Shown here piece after piece: positions 19,350-30,218 of a stretch of DNA of 64,000 nucleotides. The DNA lies in the sequence record LC680885.1; one strand, 5' to 3'. A program made the translations under genes and the position numbers. The notes under the pieces were generated by a model. It did not search any database. It was given only the letters and a program-made list of their open reading frames with translations, and had not been told where the DNA came from. Numbering within the stretch: the first letter of the stretch is position 1; each line of letters begins with the position of its first letter.

Positions 19350-21071
19350 ATGGGTAGATTTATTAAATCAACATATTTAAATAAAAAAGAGACACATTCA
19401 GGAAAAGAAAAAGTAGTAATGGTAGTTAAAGAAGAAGACGGTAATAAAAAACATATGGAAATAACTGATCCAATGATGCATTATTATGTAACTAAAGATG
19501 AACATTGGTTACCACCTAATAAAATTGTAGGTTCTATTGAAAAAGATAAAGTAAGAACTGTTACTTGTAAGCATAAAGATATTATCAAATCAGTAGTTAA
19601 AGAAGCTGGTAATGCTCAAGATAAAGCAGAATATGATAGAATTATGAAATCAGGTAATTGGCAAGAATATAGAAAATTAAAAGATTTTCATTTATTAAAT
19701 AATGCTCATGGATCTGATATTAATATAGAAGATTATAATATTAATGAGTATATTAAAAAGAATTTAGATAGTAAAGTCGGTATAGATATATGTCTATTCG
19801 ATATTGAGGTTGATGGTTCTCAAGTAACAGGCTTCCCAGATCCTGAAAAGGCTGAAGCAGAGATAAATATTATAACTGTAGTGGATTGGAGTAAGAAAAA
19901 AGTATTAACATTCGCTCTTAAATATGACACTGATACTTATAGAGAAACTATGGAAGATCAGGATAAGTTAATTAAAGACTTAAATGAAATCTATAATAAT
20001 GAAAATAGTGAAATTGGTAAAGATTTAGGTTTAGAATTTGAAATATATGAATTAGATACAGAAATGCAAGTAATTAAATCTTTCTTATACTATATTAATG
20101 AAATTAGTAAACCTGATATATGTACAGCATGGAATCTAGATTATGACTTCCCTGCAATATTTGAACGTATTAGAGCTAATGGAGAAGATCCTGCAGATTA
20201 TTTCTGTTCTAAAGAATTTGAAGATAAGAAAGCATATTATAAATTAGATAAAAACGCTACAGATATGGCTAATAGATCTTCTACATTTGAGACTAATTCT
20301 TATACTAACTGGATTGACCAATTAGCTTTATATGCAAATATTAATAAACCTAATGGTGCTTTGGAATCAGTTAAGTTAAATGATATTGGAGAAAAAGAAG
20401 CGAGAGTTACTAAAGATGTTTATGAAGGTTCTATTTCTGATTTACATTTTAGAGATTATTACACATTTATACTTTATAATATTAAAGATACTGTATTAGC
20501 TGCATTAATTGAACATAACACTAATATGTTTGATTTATTATTCTCTATTGTAGATATGACTAGAACAAGACCTAGTAAAGCACTTAAGAAAACTATTTGT
20601 TTAAGAAATCGTAGTTCAGTATTCTTTGAAAATCAAGGATACGTATTAAGTAATAACCACTCAAAATTATTATCAGATCCGAATGCAGATAAAATTCGTG
20701 GTGGATTTGTAGCAGATATGATGTTAATTGAACGTAATGGTGATACATTAGTTAAAGGTAGAGATATTAGATCTAATAGATTATTTAGTAATGTTTGTGA
20801 CTTTGACTTGAGTGCTCTATATCCATCTATTATTAGAGCATATAATATAACACCTGAAGGACATGTGGGTAAAATGAATATTCTTGATAAAGATAGAATA
20901 ACAGTGCCTAAGTATGAGGAAGATAAAGATAACTATGATTTTAATACTGAATTCGTAAGTAAGTTTAACAGTCAAGATAGTGTTGCTTTTGCTCAAGAAT
21001 TTCATGGTTTACCTCCTCTTATTAAAGCATCTGATGACATTATTAAAGAATTAGAGGAGGAAATTGGTTAA
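19350..21071 (+). CDS. Family-B DNA polymerase, N-terminal half (3'-5' exonuclease plus motif A)
   Basis: ExoI LFDIEV, ExoII AWNLDYDFP, ExoIII YNIKD, then motif A DFDLSALYPSIIRAYNI. The ORF ends before motifs B and C. Confidence 0.9.
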   Translation: MGRFIKSTYLNKKETHSGKEKVVMVVKEEDGNKKHMEITDPMMHYYVTKDEHWLPPNKIVGSIEKDKVRTVTCKHKDIIKSVVKEAGNAQDKAEYDRIMKSGNWQEYRKLKDFHLLNNAHGSDINIEDYNINEYIKKNLDSKVGIDICLFDIEVDGSQVTGFPDPEKAEAEINIITVVDWSKKKVLTFALKYDTDTYRETMEDQDKLIKDLNEIYNNENSEIGKDLGLEFEIYELDTEMQVIKSFLYYINEISKPDICTAWNLDYDFPAIFERIRANGEDPADYFCSKEFEDKKAYYKLDKNATDMANRSSTFETNSYTNWIDQLALYANINKPNGALESVKLNDIGEKEARVTKDVYEGSISDLHFRDYYTFILYNIKDTVLAALIEHNTNMFDLLFSIVDMTRTRPSKALKKTICLRNRSSVFFENQGYVLSNNHSKLLSDPNADKIRGGFVADMMLIERNGDTLVKGRDIRSNRLFSNVCDFDLSALYPSIIRAYNITPEGHVGKMNILDKDRITVPKYEEDKDNYDFNTEFVSKFNSQDSVAFAQEFHGLPPLIKASDDIIKELEEEIG

Positions 21072-21853
21072 TGTCTATTATTATTGAAGAATCAAAAATA
21101 GTGAATAAATTAGTAATGACTTTTGAAGAAATATCTAAGCTATTCAATAATATTGTTGATGGAAGTAAGTATATTAGTTTAAATAAAAATATTATAACAA
21201 ATCATTCTAAGTCAGATGATAATCCTAATTCAGTTGAAGTGGAAATTATAGAAGATAATCCAATTTACGATTATCTTCTACCTATTGAAAATTGTGTTTT
21301 TAGTGTAGAAGACTTTATTGAAGTAAGAAAAAATAAGGGAGATAAAATTGTTAAAGTTGAATTTTTCAATGAAATCGATAATAGTGGTATTAAAATAACT
21401 AGAGAATCTGATTTAGAAACTACTATTAATGGTGATGAGTTTGATGAAGATTTATTAGATGAAGAATTAAATTATTCATTGGATGCTATTAATTATTTTA
21501 GTTCTTTTGAACCAAGTCTAAATTTCAAATTAGATAATGATAGTTTATTGGAAATTAAGGAAAGAAAACCTTCTGAGTTCTTTAAGTTTATATTCACTGA
21601 AGATGATGTTATTGTTAAAGATCCTTATTATATTTATAATGAAGAAGACTACCTTATTGATTTTAGAACTTCTAAAAAGTATTTATTAGGATTAAAATAT
21701 AAAAAGACTAAAGGAGAAACAGTTTGTCCATTAGTTAAAATAGATGTATACGCCCCAGAAACAACTGTATATAGTGAATTGATTATGATAAAATTTTCAA
21801 TTTACCAAGACAAATTTGTTGCAAAATTGAAGAATTTAGTTTATAATATATAA
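21071..21853 (+). CDS. Hypothetical protein translationally coupled to the DNA polymerase N-half
   Basis: TAATG stop/start overlap; 260 aa, acidic. Confidence 0.8.
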   Translation: MSIIIEESKIVNKLVMTFEEISKLFNNIVDGSKYISLNKNIITNHSKSDDNPNSVEVEIIEDNPIYDYLLPIENCVFSVEDFIEVRKNKGDKIVKVEFFNEIDNSGIKITRESDLETTINGDEFDEDLLDEELNYSLDAINYFSSFEPSLNFKLDNDSLLEIKERKPSEFFKFIFTEDDVIVKDPYYIYNEEDYLIDFRTSKKYLLGLKYKKTKGETVCPLVKIDVYAPETTVYSELIMIKFSIYQDKFVAKLKNLVYNI

Positions 21854-21917
21854 TGTGAAAAAATACTTATAAATTAAGAGAAAATTCTAAAAAGTATTGA
21901 AAAGGAGTGTTTTGAAT

Positions 21918-24362
21918 TTGGCTGATGAGAATAAAACTCAGAGAAGTATAAATAATCTCAACAGAGATATGGTCAGAGGATTAGGCGATGAAGAAAATCC
22001 TAAGAACTTATCTGACAATATAAATGATTTTGATGATAGGCTAAAAAAGATAAGACGTAAAAGTAATCATGGTAATAGTAATGGTGATATTCTATCTTTA
22101 GCATCTAAAGTAAACGGTAAAAGTAGAAATGTTAGAAAATCTAATACCGGTGATGATAAAAAAGATTTCATTAAAGATTTTATAGAAGAGAATATTGAAA
22201 ATCAAGATTTTTCATCTGAAATTGCTAGGGTGTCTAGATACGATGACTATAGAATTATAGATAAATTTATACCTGAAATATCAACAAGTATTGATGTATT
22301 CGCTACTTCTATTATTGCACCTGACGATACTTCTAAATTATCATTGATGTATCGTTATGGTGATACAAATAATAAAGATGAATCAGAAAATAAAGAAGTT
22401 TTAAATGAATTAGATAGAATTGTAAAGAAATACAATTTGGATAATTTAACATATACTTCTATCCGTGAAGGTTTATTATTAGGAGACGTATTCTATATCA
22501 TTAAAGATACTAAATCTGATTTTGAAGAAATACTTAATGAGAATGATGATGTATTAGGAAGAGAAACAAGAGAAGAACAAAAAGTGATTAATGAATCATT
22601 TATAGATCAGAATCTTAAAGAATCTGATTTAGATATTGTCATTAATGAATTTAATAATCAATTTGAAAAACCTATCAAAGATGAAGAGCAGTTAAATGAA
22701 CAAAGAGCTAATTTTAAAAATGAGATACTAAAGAGTATTAATGAAAATGTATCTTTCTTTGAAAATTCTTCTGAATTACTATCTGATATAGGTAAATACA
22801 AAGGTTCTAATGATTTACAAGCATTTTTAAATAAAGCAGATGACAAAAATAAATCTAGTAAATTAAAATCTGGTTCTGTATATTTCAGATCTGTTGAACC
22901 TGAAGATATGATTAAATTAGAAATTGATGGTATGTGTATTGGTTATCTTTATATTGAACCTGATTCTGGAACTGATTTAAGAGGTGGAGCTAATCCTCTA
23001 TTATCTGCTATGAATAATTTAATGGGAGACGGTTATCAGAAGCAAGGTCAAACAGGATCATTCTCAGGTGGTATGGGAGTTACTAACTTAGATCCTGTTA
23101 CTGGTAATGTTGCAGGAAATAATATGTCTAGTAATTCCAAAAATCCTAATTCAGGAATGAATGCTACATCTGGATCATATTATGAAAATGGAAATACTGT
23201 TATGGCGTATCAAGGTTTAGTTGATGTTATAGTTAAAGGTATATCTCAAAAAATCAATATGGACTTCATTAATAAAAATGATTCATTTAAAGATATCATA
23301 TATAGATTAATACGTAAGAATTATATTATTGAAAATGGTATTAAAATGACTTTCTTAGAAGCTGATGAAGTATTTCATCACAAATTAGACAGTCAAAAAA
23401 CTTATGGAGTTTCTAAACTTAATAAATCATTATTCTTTGCTAAATTATATTTAAGTACATTAATAACTACAATGATGGTTAAATTAAATCAATCAAGAGA
23501 TAGACGTGTATTTAGAGTTAATGCAGGTTTAGATGATGATTATGAGGGAACTGTAGAAGAAATAATTCGTAATGTAAGACAAAATGAAATGTCTACAGGT
23601 TTATTTGGTGATGGAACTTCAGTTCAAACATTGTTCAATCAAGTAGGTAACTTAGAAAACATGTACATTCCTCAAAATAAAGAAGGTACTTCACCTTTAG
23701 AAATAGATACAATTTCTGGTATCCAAGTTGATATTAATGATGAATTCTTAGAATGGCTTAAGAAATCAGTTATATCAGGTACAGGAGTTCCTTTAAACTA
23801 TATTGATGCTGAAACTGAAACTGATTATGCACGTTCATTATCAATGCAGAATAATAACTTTGTAAGACGTGTAGTTAACTATCAAAAATCTTTCGGGGAA
23901 TTCTATACTGAAGTTTTAAGAAAGCTTTACTATCTAGAAAATGTAAATAGCAAAGATAAAAAGTATAATGAAGAACTAAATAATAGACTACAAGAAATTG
24001 AAGCTTACTTCCCAGCACCTGTATTCTTAAACTTAGGAAACCTTAATGAAGAAGTTGGAGCTGTTACACAAATGATAGACTTCTTAGTTCCTTTATACAC
24101 TTCAGAAGCTACTGGTGACGAAGAAGAAGATGATAATGAAAAATTAAAACGTCTATTCCGTAAAGAATTAGTTCAACAAGAATTCATGTCTAATTTAGAT
24201 TATGATAGATACGAAGACATTATTAACAATATTAAAGATGAAATAAATAAAGATAAAAAGAAAAATGACATGGTAAATAGCAATAATGCTGATGAAGACG
24301 ATTTATCTTCTTCAGATGATTCTGAAAATAATTCAGACGATAATTTTGAGGATGATTTCTAA
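21918..24362 (+). CDS. Portal protein (phiKZ/T4 gp20-like)
   Basis: TTG start after SD AAAGGAG. RYDDYRIIDKFIPEISTSID, SRDRRVFRVNAG (compare gp20 RAPERRVFYIDVG) and ISGTGVPLNY. Confidence 0.75.
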   Translation: MADENKTQRSINNLNRDMVRGLGDEENPKNLSDNINDFDDRLKKIRRKSNHGNSNGDILSLASKVNGKSRNVRKSNTGDDKKDFIKDFIEENIENQDFSSEIARVSRYDDYRIIDKFIPEISTSIDVFATSIIAPDDTSKLSLMYRYGDTNNKDESENKEVLNELDRIVKKYNLDNLTYTSIREGLLLGDVFYIIKDTKSDFEEILNENDDVLGRETREEQKVINESFIDQNLKESDLDIVINEFNNQFEKPIKDEEQLNEQRANFKNEILKSINENVSFFENSSELLSDIGKYKGSNDLQAFLNKADDKNKSSKLKSGSVYFRSVEPEDMIKLEIDGMCIGYLYIEPDSGTDLRGGANPLLSAMNNLMGDGYQKQGQTGSFSGGMGVTNLDPVTGNVAGNNMSSNSKNPNSGMNATSGSYYENGNTVMAYQGLVDVIVKGISQKINMDFINKNDSFKDIIYRLIRKNYIIENGIKMTFLEADEVFHHKLDSQKTYGVSKLNKSLFFAKLYLSTLITTMMVKLNQSRDRRVFRVNAGLDDDYEGTVEEIIRNVRQNEMSTGLFGDGTSVQTLFNQVGNLENMYIPQNKEGTSPLEIDTISGIQVDINDEFLEWLKKSVISGTGVPLNYIDAETETDYARSLSMQNNNFVRRVVNYQKSFGEFYTEVLRKLYYLENVNSKDKKYNEELNNRLQEIEAYFPAPVFLNLGNLNEEVGAVTQMIDFLVPLYTSEATGDEEEDDNEKLKRLFRKELVQQEFMSNLDYDRYEDIINNIKDEINKDKKKNDMVNSNNADEDDLSSSDDSENNSDDNFEDDF

Positions 24363-24403
24363 TATTAACATTTGAATAACGGATTAAATACAATTCGTTA
24401 TTC

Positions 24404-24416
24404 AAATTTATATTAT
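24404..24416 (+). promoter_or_regulatory. Early phage promoter overlapping the upstream terminator hairpin (24371-24406)
   Basis: AAATTTATATTAT upstream of the RNAP beta'C gene. Confidence 0.7.
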
Positions 24417-24462
24417 ATAAGTGTAGTACATAATATTTATTTATAAGGAGAATGAATTAGAT

Positions 24463-26376
24463 ATGACAAATGAAGAAATTGTTTTAGATTTAAAATTAGG
24501 TAAGTATAATGATTATTTACACTCAGATAATTATTTTGAAATTTTAGAAGATTTAAAGAAAGATATTATTAGTAATCCTCAAAAAAGAATGGAAGACTAT
24601 TTTGAAGACAATATATCTAAAAGTAATTATTTCACTTTATTAGTATTAGGTAAACCTTTTAGAGATATGAATAAAGAGTTTACGGAAGAATACTTAGTTA
24701 ATCCAACTGATATTGAAGATTATTATGATTATTTTGACAAAGTTGTTGTTAATTTTATTCATGAAGGACATGATCCAATAAAAGTTAGTCAATCTATTGC
24801 ATTTATTATTGATGAATTAACTATATTTTCAAATGAATATATTTTACCTTTAGATGGACCATCTATTTCATTATACGATATTATGAGATTGGCTAATGAA
24901 GATAAAGAAGTAGAAAAATTAATTAACTTTGATAAAGAAGATATTGACCCTAGCTTAAACTATCAGCAAATTATCAATGAAGTTCAAAAACCTAATATGC
25001 ATAAATTAATTGATCGTATTAAATCTGATAAAGAAAATGATTATAAAACTTTCTTACATTCAGGAACAGGTATTAATAAGATACAATTGAATGAGGTTTT
25101 AAGTTTCGTAGGATACAAACCAGATATTCGTGGCGATGTTGTAACTGATATTATTGATACCTCATTCATGCGTGGTTTAAAAGATACAACACAATTTGCT
25201 ATTGATGCAGAATCTTCATTAAACGCATTAATGAACTCTAAGAATAAAGTACGTGAATCAGGATACTTAAACCGTAAAATTACTTTATTAACTTCAGATT
25301 TAAAATTATCAGAAAATGAAGATTGTGAAAGTAAACATTTTGTTTACGTTAATATGAATAGTCAAGATAAATTAGATAGATTTAATGATAGATTCTATTA
25401 TGATGATACAGATCAAGAATTAAAATTAATTAATTCTAAAGAAGATAGTCATTTAATAGGACAGATTGTTCCATTACGTTCTCCTATTACATGTGCTGAA
25501 TCTAAAGGAAAAATATGTCAAACTTGTTATGGTAAACGTTTATATAACATTAATAGAAACTTATCTGTAGGTATATTAGCTACTTTAAGATTAACAGAAC
25601 CTATGACTCAAAAATTACTATCAACAAAACACTTACAAGCTGTACAGTTATCTGAATTCTCTTGGCCAGATATCTTTAAAGAACACTTTGAATTCTCTGG
25701 AGACAATATTGTTCCACGTAATGAAAAGACTAAGGTTATTATTGATGAAATGGTTATTAATGAAGATTATGAATATGGAAGATATAAAGCTAACAGTTTT
25801 AAATTTAAAGTAGGTACTAAAACTCATACTGTTAAATCACCTGTAACTCTTAAAATACCAGATCAAAATATTGAAACTATGGATAAGTTTTACGATGAAG
25901 ATGAAAATGCATTTATATTCAGTATGAAAGACTTAAAAGAGAATTTCTTATTCAATATTAAAATTAAAAATGAAGGTGTTGCTGACCCACTTCTTAAAAT
26001 ACGTTCTATATTAGAAAGTACTAAATACATTAGAAATGATTATGAAGAAAATAACTATCAAGCAATGTTCAATGATGTAACAGATTTATTACTTAAATCA
26101 GGTACAGACGTTATGAGTGTTCATTTAGAGACTATTATTAGAAACATGGTATTCTTAAATGAAGATTATAAAGAAAGAACTAAATATAGAGATCCTGAAT
26201 TTGAACCTGATATTGAATTGAAAAATGTAGGTAGTGCTATTTTAAGTTCACCTTCACCAGTTCAATCATTAATCTTTGAAAAGATTAAAGCTCAGTTAAG
26301 CACTGATGAAACTAATAACTTCTTCAGTAAAGATGGGGATTCAATGTTCGATCCGTTATTTGATTTTGATATTTAA
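24463..26376 (+). CDS. rpoC: Non-virion RNA polymerase beta'-like subunit, C-terminal part (AR9 gp154-like)
   Basis: SGTGINKIQL, VGYKPD, SFMRGL, SGYLNRK, DCES, RSPITC, ICQTCYG, PMTQKLLSTKH and VHLETIIRNM. The early promoter fits a non-virion RNAP. Confidence 0.9.
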   Translation: MTNEEIVLDLKLGKYNDYLHSDNYFEILEDLKKDIISNPQKRMEDYFEDNISKSNYFTLLVLGKPFRDMNKEFTEEYLVNPTDIEDYYDYFDKVVVNFIHEGHDPIKVSQSIAFIIDELTIFSNEYILPLDGPSISLYDIMRLANEDKEVEKLINFDKEDIDPSLNYQQIINEVQKPNMHKLIDRIKSDKENDYKTFLHSGTGINKIQLNEVLSFVGYKPDIRGDVVTDIIDTSFMRGLKDTTQFAIDAESSLNALMNSKNKVRESGYLNRKITLLTSDLKLSENEDCESKHFVYVNMNSQDKLDRFNDRFYYDDTDQELKLINSKEDSHLIGQIVPLRSPITCAESKGKICQTCYGKRLYNINRNLSVGILATLRLTEPMTQKLLSTKHLQAVQLSEFSWPDIFKEHFEFSGDNIVPRNEKTKVIIDEMVINEDYEYGRYKANSFKFKVGTKTHTVKSPVTLKIPDQNIETMDKFYDEDENAFIFSMKDLKENFLFNIKIKNEGVADPLLKIRSILESTKYIRNDYEENNYQAMFNDVTDLLLKSGTDVMSVHLETIIRNMVFLNEDYKERTKYRDPEFEPDIELKNVGSAILSSPSPVQSLIFEKIKAQLSTDETNNFFSKDGDSMFDPLFDFDI

Positions 26377-26389
26377 AACAATATAATTC

Positions 26390-26421
26390 AACCAAACTTC
26401 TATTAACTTAGGAGTTTGGTT
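26390..26421 (+). terminator. Terminator hairpin
   Basis: AACCAAACTTC / GGAGTTTGGTT. Confidence 0.6.
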
Positions 26422-26449
26422 ATATATAATAACTTTGGAGGTTTTTAAT

Positions 26450-26740
26450 ATGGAAAATATACCAGAATATAGTTTATTAGGGAAATATAATTTTAATTAT
26501 GATAAAGAGAAATTAATAATGTCTATAATAAAAAATTGTCATATTGTCTTTAACACTCTTAATGAGGATGGAGAAAGAGATATTTATTTATTATCTGATT
26601 TAGAAATTAGTGACGATGGAATATTTTCTTTTGTATTAACTAAAGATGATTTACCAGTATCAGTTCATAATTTCTCAATTAAAGAAGTATATAATTTTGA
26701 TGAACTTAATAAATTAATAGTGAAAGAAATTAATTCTTAA
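26450..26740 (+). CDS. Hypothetical protein
   Basis: SD GGAGG at 26437-26441 favours ATG 26450. Confidence 0.7.
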   Translation: MENIPEYSLLGKYNFNYDKEKLIMSIIKNCHIVFNTLNEDGERDIYLLSDLEISDDGIFSFVLTKDDLPVSVHNFSIKEVYNFDELNKLIVKEINS

Positions 26741-26807
26741 AAAATTAATTTTTTATAATAACTGATAGATATAAAATTTTAAAGCAAAAAGGAGAATTTA
26801 ATTTAAC

Positions 26808-27254
26808 ATGGAAATTTTCAAATTAAAAGAATTAGAAGGTAAACAAGAACAAACAATCGAATTAACTGGTGATGATAAAAACCTTAAAGAAATTAGAGAG
26901 GCATTCTTTAACAGTCAATCAGGTACTTATATGGTAAATAAAACTATCAATGACAATATTGAAGAGTTCTTCAAACATTCTGAAGACGGAGTAACTGTAG
27001 ATGATGTTTATAAACTTAATGTAATTGTTGAAGATGATAAACAAATTACTTTAGTTAAAGCTGAAAAAGATGATCAATTTAAGAAAGGTTGTTTCTACAT
27101 GGTATTTGACTTAATGGGTTCTGTACCTGTTTATACTGATTTAGAAAATCCTGAAGCTACATTTGATTTGTCTGGTATGTTTAAAGAAGATGGATTTAAT
27201 TTCTTTGAAACTATTGCAGAAGTATTCCCTACTACTATTGAGCTTAAACAATAA
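26808..27254 (+). CDS. Acidic hypothetical protein
   Basis: SD AAGGAG; AACT-N6-TA at 26760-26771. Confidence 0.8.
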   Translation: MEIFKLKELEGKQEQTIELTGDDKNLKEIREAFFNSQSGTYMVNKTINDNIEEFFKHSEDGVTVDDVYKLNVIVEDDKQITLVKAEKDDQFKKGCFYMVFDLMGSVPVYTDLENPEATFDLSGMFKEDGFNFFETIAEVFPTTIELKQ

Positions 27255-27271
27255 AGAAAGAAGCTGATAAT

Positions 27272-28819
27272 ATGGTAGTATTAAATGAAACAAGAAAAAT
27301 AAAAGTATCTGTATATCCTACTCGTATATTAGTTGAAAATTACGAGTTAGGATTTTGTTCTGCAATAGAAAGTTATCTATCAGTATGGGATAAAATATAT
27401 CATAAACATACTTATAAAGCTTTCAAATATGATGAAGAAAATAAAACTATATCTTTTCCAGCAGGTATTAATACTAAATTATTATTACAGTCATTAAAAA
27501 ATCATGGAGAAATTGATTATCAAGATTTTAGAGCAGTTGAAAATTTATTCTTTAAACCTAAGCCAAATTATGATGTTAAAATGAATTTTAAACCTAGAGA
27601 TCTTTTACAAAGAAAAGCTATAGAATTTTTAAATTCATTTAGTATATATGATCCATCAACACAAAAATTTCTTTCATTACAAACTGGTGAAGGTAAAACT
27701 TTCTGTGCTTTAAAATCAGTTATTGACAGAGAATTAGTACCTATGATTTTTGTTAATAACAATAAACTTAAAGAACAATGGGAAGAAAAAATAAAAGAGT
27801 ACACTAATGTTGATGATGAAAAGATATATGTGATTCAAGGGAGATCAAGTATTAATAAATTATTTAAAATGAAATCTAAAGAGAGAAATAAAATAGATTT
27901 CTATATAGTAATGTATAAAACGTTAAATTCTTTTATTCAAGAAGATGAAGAAAGATTACAAGAATTACTATTAAAAACTAAAGTAGGTATTAAAATATTT
28001 GATGAAGCACATTTAGATTTTCGAAGTTTAACTAATATTGATATACAAACAGATTTACCATCAATATACTTATCAGCTACACCTAGAAGATCTGACAAAT
28101 CAGAGAATATGGTATTTAGTAATATATTCTTAAAAACACCTATATTTAGTTCTGATAATTACGATAGACAAATCGCTAATAATAGAAAAATACCATCTAA
28201 ATATCATGATGTATTTATTATCAGATGGAATAGTAATCCTAAAGAAATTGAATTAGCTGATTTCATGAAAGCTTCTAAACGTAATGGTCTTAATGTAAAT
28301 CATTATAGTAAATACTTAATTGAAGAAGATAAAAGAAGAAAAGAATACTTTGATATTGTATTCAATATTATTAATAATGTCATTATGAAAGAAGAAGTTA
28401 AAAAGACTGTAGTTATGTTTAAATTAAAGAATATGATAGACGATTTTTATTCATATTTAGAAGATAAACTTGGACCTGAAGGATTAGAATTCTTAAACTG
28501 TATTAGATATTATGATGGTATTGATAAAGAAGAAAAAGATAAAGTATTAGAATCTAACTTAATTATTACTACTGATTTATCTTTAGGAACTGGAATAGAT
28601 ATACCTGATTTAAAAGCTGTAATTAATACAGTTCCTTTATCAAGTGAAAGTAAAGTAACTCAAATTATGGGTAGATTAAGATATATTGAAAATGAAAAAT
28701 TAATGTTCTTTGATCTAATTGATCATGGATTTAAGAAATTAGTTTCTCAAGGAAGTAATAGATTAAGAAATGTATATAAGAAGAAAGCTTTAAATATAAC
28801 TGATTTTAAAATTAAATAA
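27272..28819 (+). CDS. Superfamily 2 DEAH helicase (UvsW-like)
   Basis: QTGEGKT, IFDEAH, LSATP, LGTGIDIP and QIMGRLR motifs. Confidence 0.9.
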   Translation: MVVLNETRKIKVSVYPTRILVENYELGFCSAIESYLSVWDKIYHKHTYKAFKYDEENKTISFPAGINTKLLLQSLKNHGEIDYQDFRAVENLFFKPKPNYDVKMNFKPRDLLQRKAIEFLNSFSIYDPSTQKFLSLQTGEGKTFCALKSVIDRELVPMIFVNNNKLKEQWEEKIKEYTNVDDEKIYVIQGRSSINKLFKMKSKERNKIDFYIVMYKTLNSFIQEDEERLQELLLKTKVGIKIFDEAHLDFRSLTNIDIQTDLPSIYLSATPRRSDKSENMVFSNIFLKTPIFSSDNYDRQIANNRKIPSKYHDVFIIRWNSNPKEIELADFMKASKRNGLNVNHYSKYLIEEDKRRKEYFDIVFNIINNVIMKEEVKKTVVMFKLKNMIDDFYSYLEDKLGPEGLEFLNCIRYYDGIDKEEKDKVLESNLIITTDLSLGTGIDIPDLKAVINTVPLSSESKVTQIMGRLRYIENEKLMFFDLIDHGFKKLVSQGSNRLRNVYKKKALNITDFKIK

Positions 28820-28839
28820 TGAAAGGTTGTTGAGGTATT

Positions 28840-29550
28840 GTGTCCATTATATCTCGTGGAGAGGCTATTGATAATTATCAATACCTCAATGAATTATTTA
28901 TAAGTTTTAGAAAAGAAATTAATGAATTTTTATCTAGTGAGATATTTAAGATTAATCATACTGATTTTAAAAACTCTATTATAGGTAGTGTTAATTCAGA
29001 ATTTAAAGTTAAGGAAGAAAAAGATTCAATATGCTTATTATTAGAAGATAAATTTATTGAATTCGACCTTTATGAAGGATTTATTATCCTTTACAACTTT
29101 AAAGAGAATATTAGTTTAATGAAAGAAAAAATTGATATCCAAAAATCTATAATAGAAAATAAATTAGATACTAGATATAATTCTAATAATAAACTTAAAA
29201 ATAAGAATAAAAAGCTTAATAATGAAATAACTGAAAAGAATAATGAACTTAATGAAAGAATTAAATTAGGTGTTTTAACTAATGCATTACTAAATATGTT
29301 AAGAATGCCCAATTCATTTAAATTAAAAGAAGAAATAGATGAACTTAATAAAAGTATTGAGAAAAATAATCTAATTATAGAGAATAATGATAGTAATATA
29401 AAATTATTAGAAGAAGATAAGAAAGATATTAGTAAATATGATTTTAGGTTTGCCAATGATAAATATCTATTCAATAAGATTAGTGAGTTTGTACAGTACT
29501 TTAAAAACGAATATGGTTTTGAATTTTATATTAAAAATGATACTATATAA
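28840..29550 (+). CDS. Coiled-coil hypothetical; paralog of 29562..30218
   Basis: KEINEFLSSEIFK vs EEINRFFNNDLFK; IEFDL vs IIFDL; KNEYGFEFYI vs ENKFGIKFIF. Confidence 0.75.
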   Translation: MSIISRGEAIDNYQYLNELFISFRKEINEFLSSEIFKINHTDFKNSIIGSVNSEFKVKEEKDSICLLLEDKFIEFDLYEGFIILYNFKENISLMKEKIDIQKSIIENKLDTRYNSNNKLKNKNKKLNNEITEKNNELNERIKLGVLTNALLNMLRMPNSFKLKEEIDELNKSIEKNNLIIENNDSNIKLLEEDKKDISKYDFRFANDKYLFNKISEFVQYFKNEYGFEFYIKNDTI

Positions 29551-29561
29551 GGAGTAAATAT

Positions 29562-30218
29562 ATGAATAGAGAATTAAGCAAATTAAGTTTAGAAGAGTTG
29601 AATGATTTAAAAGAAGAAATCAATAGATTTTTCAATAATGATTTATTTAAATTTCCAAGAAAAGGACTTGTAGAACATTTAACTTTACCTGTAGAACATT
29701 ATAATCTTTTAATAAGAAATATAATAGAAGATAGTGAATTGAAATTTACTTTTGTTGGTGCTGATATGATTATTTTTGATTTAAATGATTTGAAGGTGAA
29801 GATGTCTAATAAATATAAACATAACCTTCAATTAGCCAAAAAATCTCTATACTATAATTATGACGGTTTTTCAGATAGAGAAAGACTTTCAGATGTAATA
29901 AAAAACGAAAAAGAGTTAATAGAAGAAAGGTTTTTATTTGAAAATAATATAAAAGCTATTAATAATGAAATATCAAATATAGAGAATAAATTTGGTATTA
30001 AATTTATTTTTAGTGAAAATTTTGAAGGATACGAAATAGAAATAAATGAAAAATCTGATGAAGCAGAAATTTATATTTTAAAAAATAAAGAAGAAACTGA
30101 AAAAGATAATATAATTGAAGATAATAAAGTTACTAAAGAAAGTAATGAACATGAAATTACACATAGTAAAAAAGATTCTTTAATTAAAAGAATAATTAAG
30201 AGAGTGGTGAAATTTTAA
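29562..30218 (+). CDS. Coiled-coil hypothetical; paralog of 28840..29550
   Basis: See paralog; SD AAGGAG. Confidence 0.75.
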   Translation: MNRELSKLSLEELNDLKEEINRFFNNDLFKFPRKGLVEHLTLPVEHYNLLIRNIIEDSELKFTFVGADMIIFDLNDLKVKMSNKYKHNLQLAKKSLYYNYDGFSDRERLSDVIKNEKELIEERFLFENNIKAINNEISNIENKFGIKFIFSENFEGYEIEINEKSDEAEIYILKNKEETEKDNIIEDNKVTKESNEHEITHSKKDSLIKRIIKRVVKF

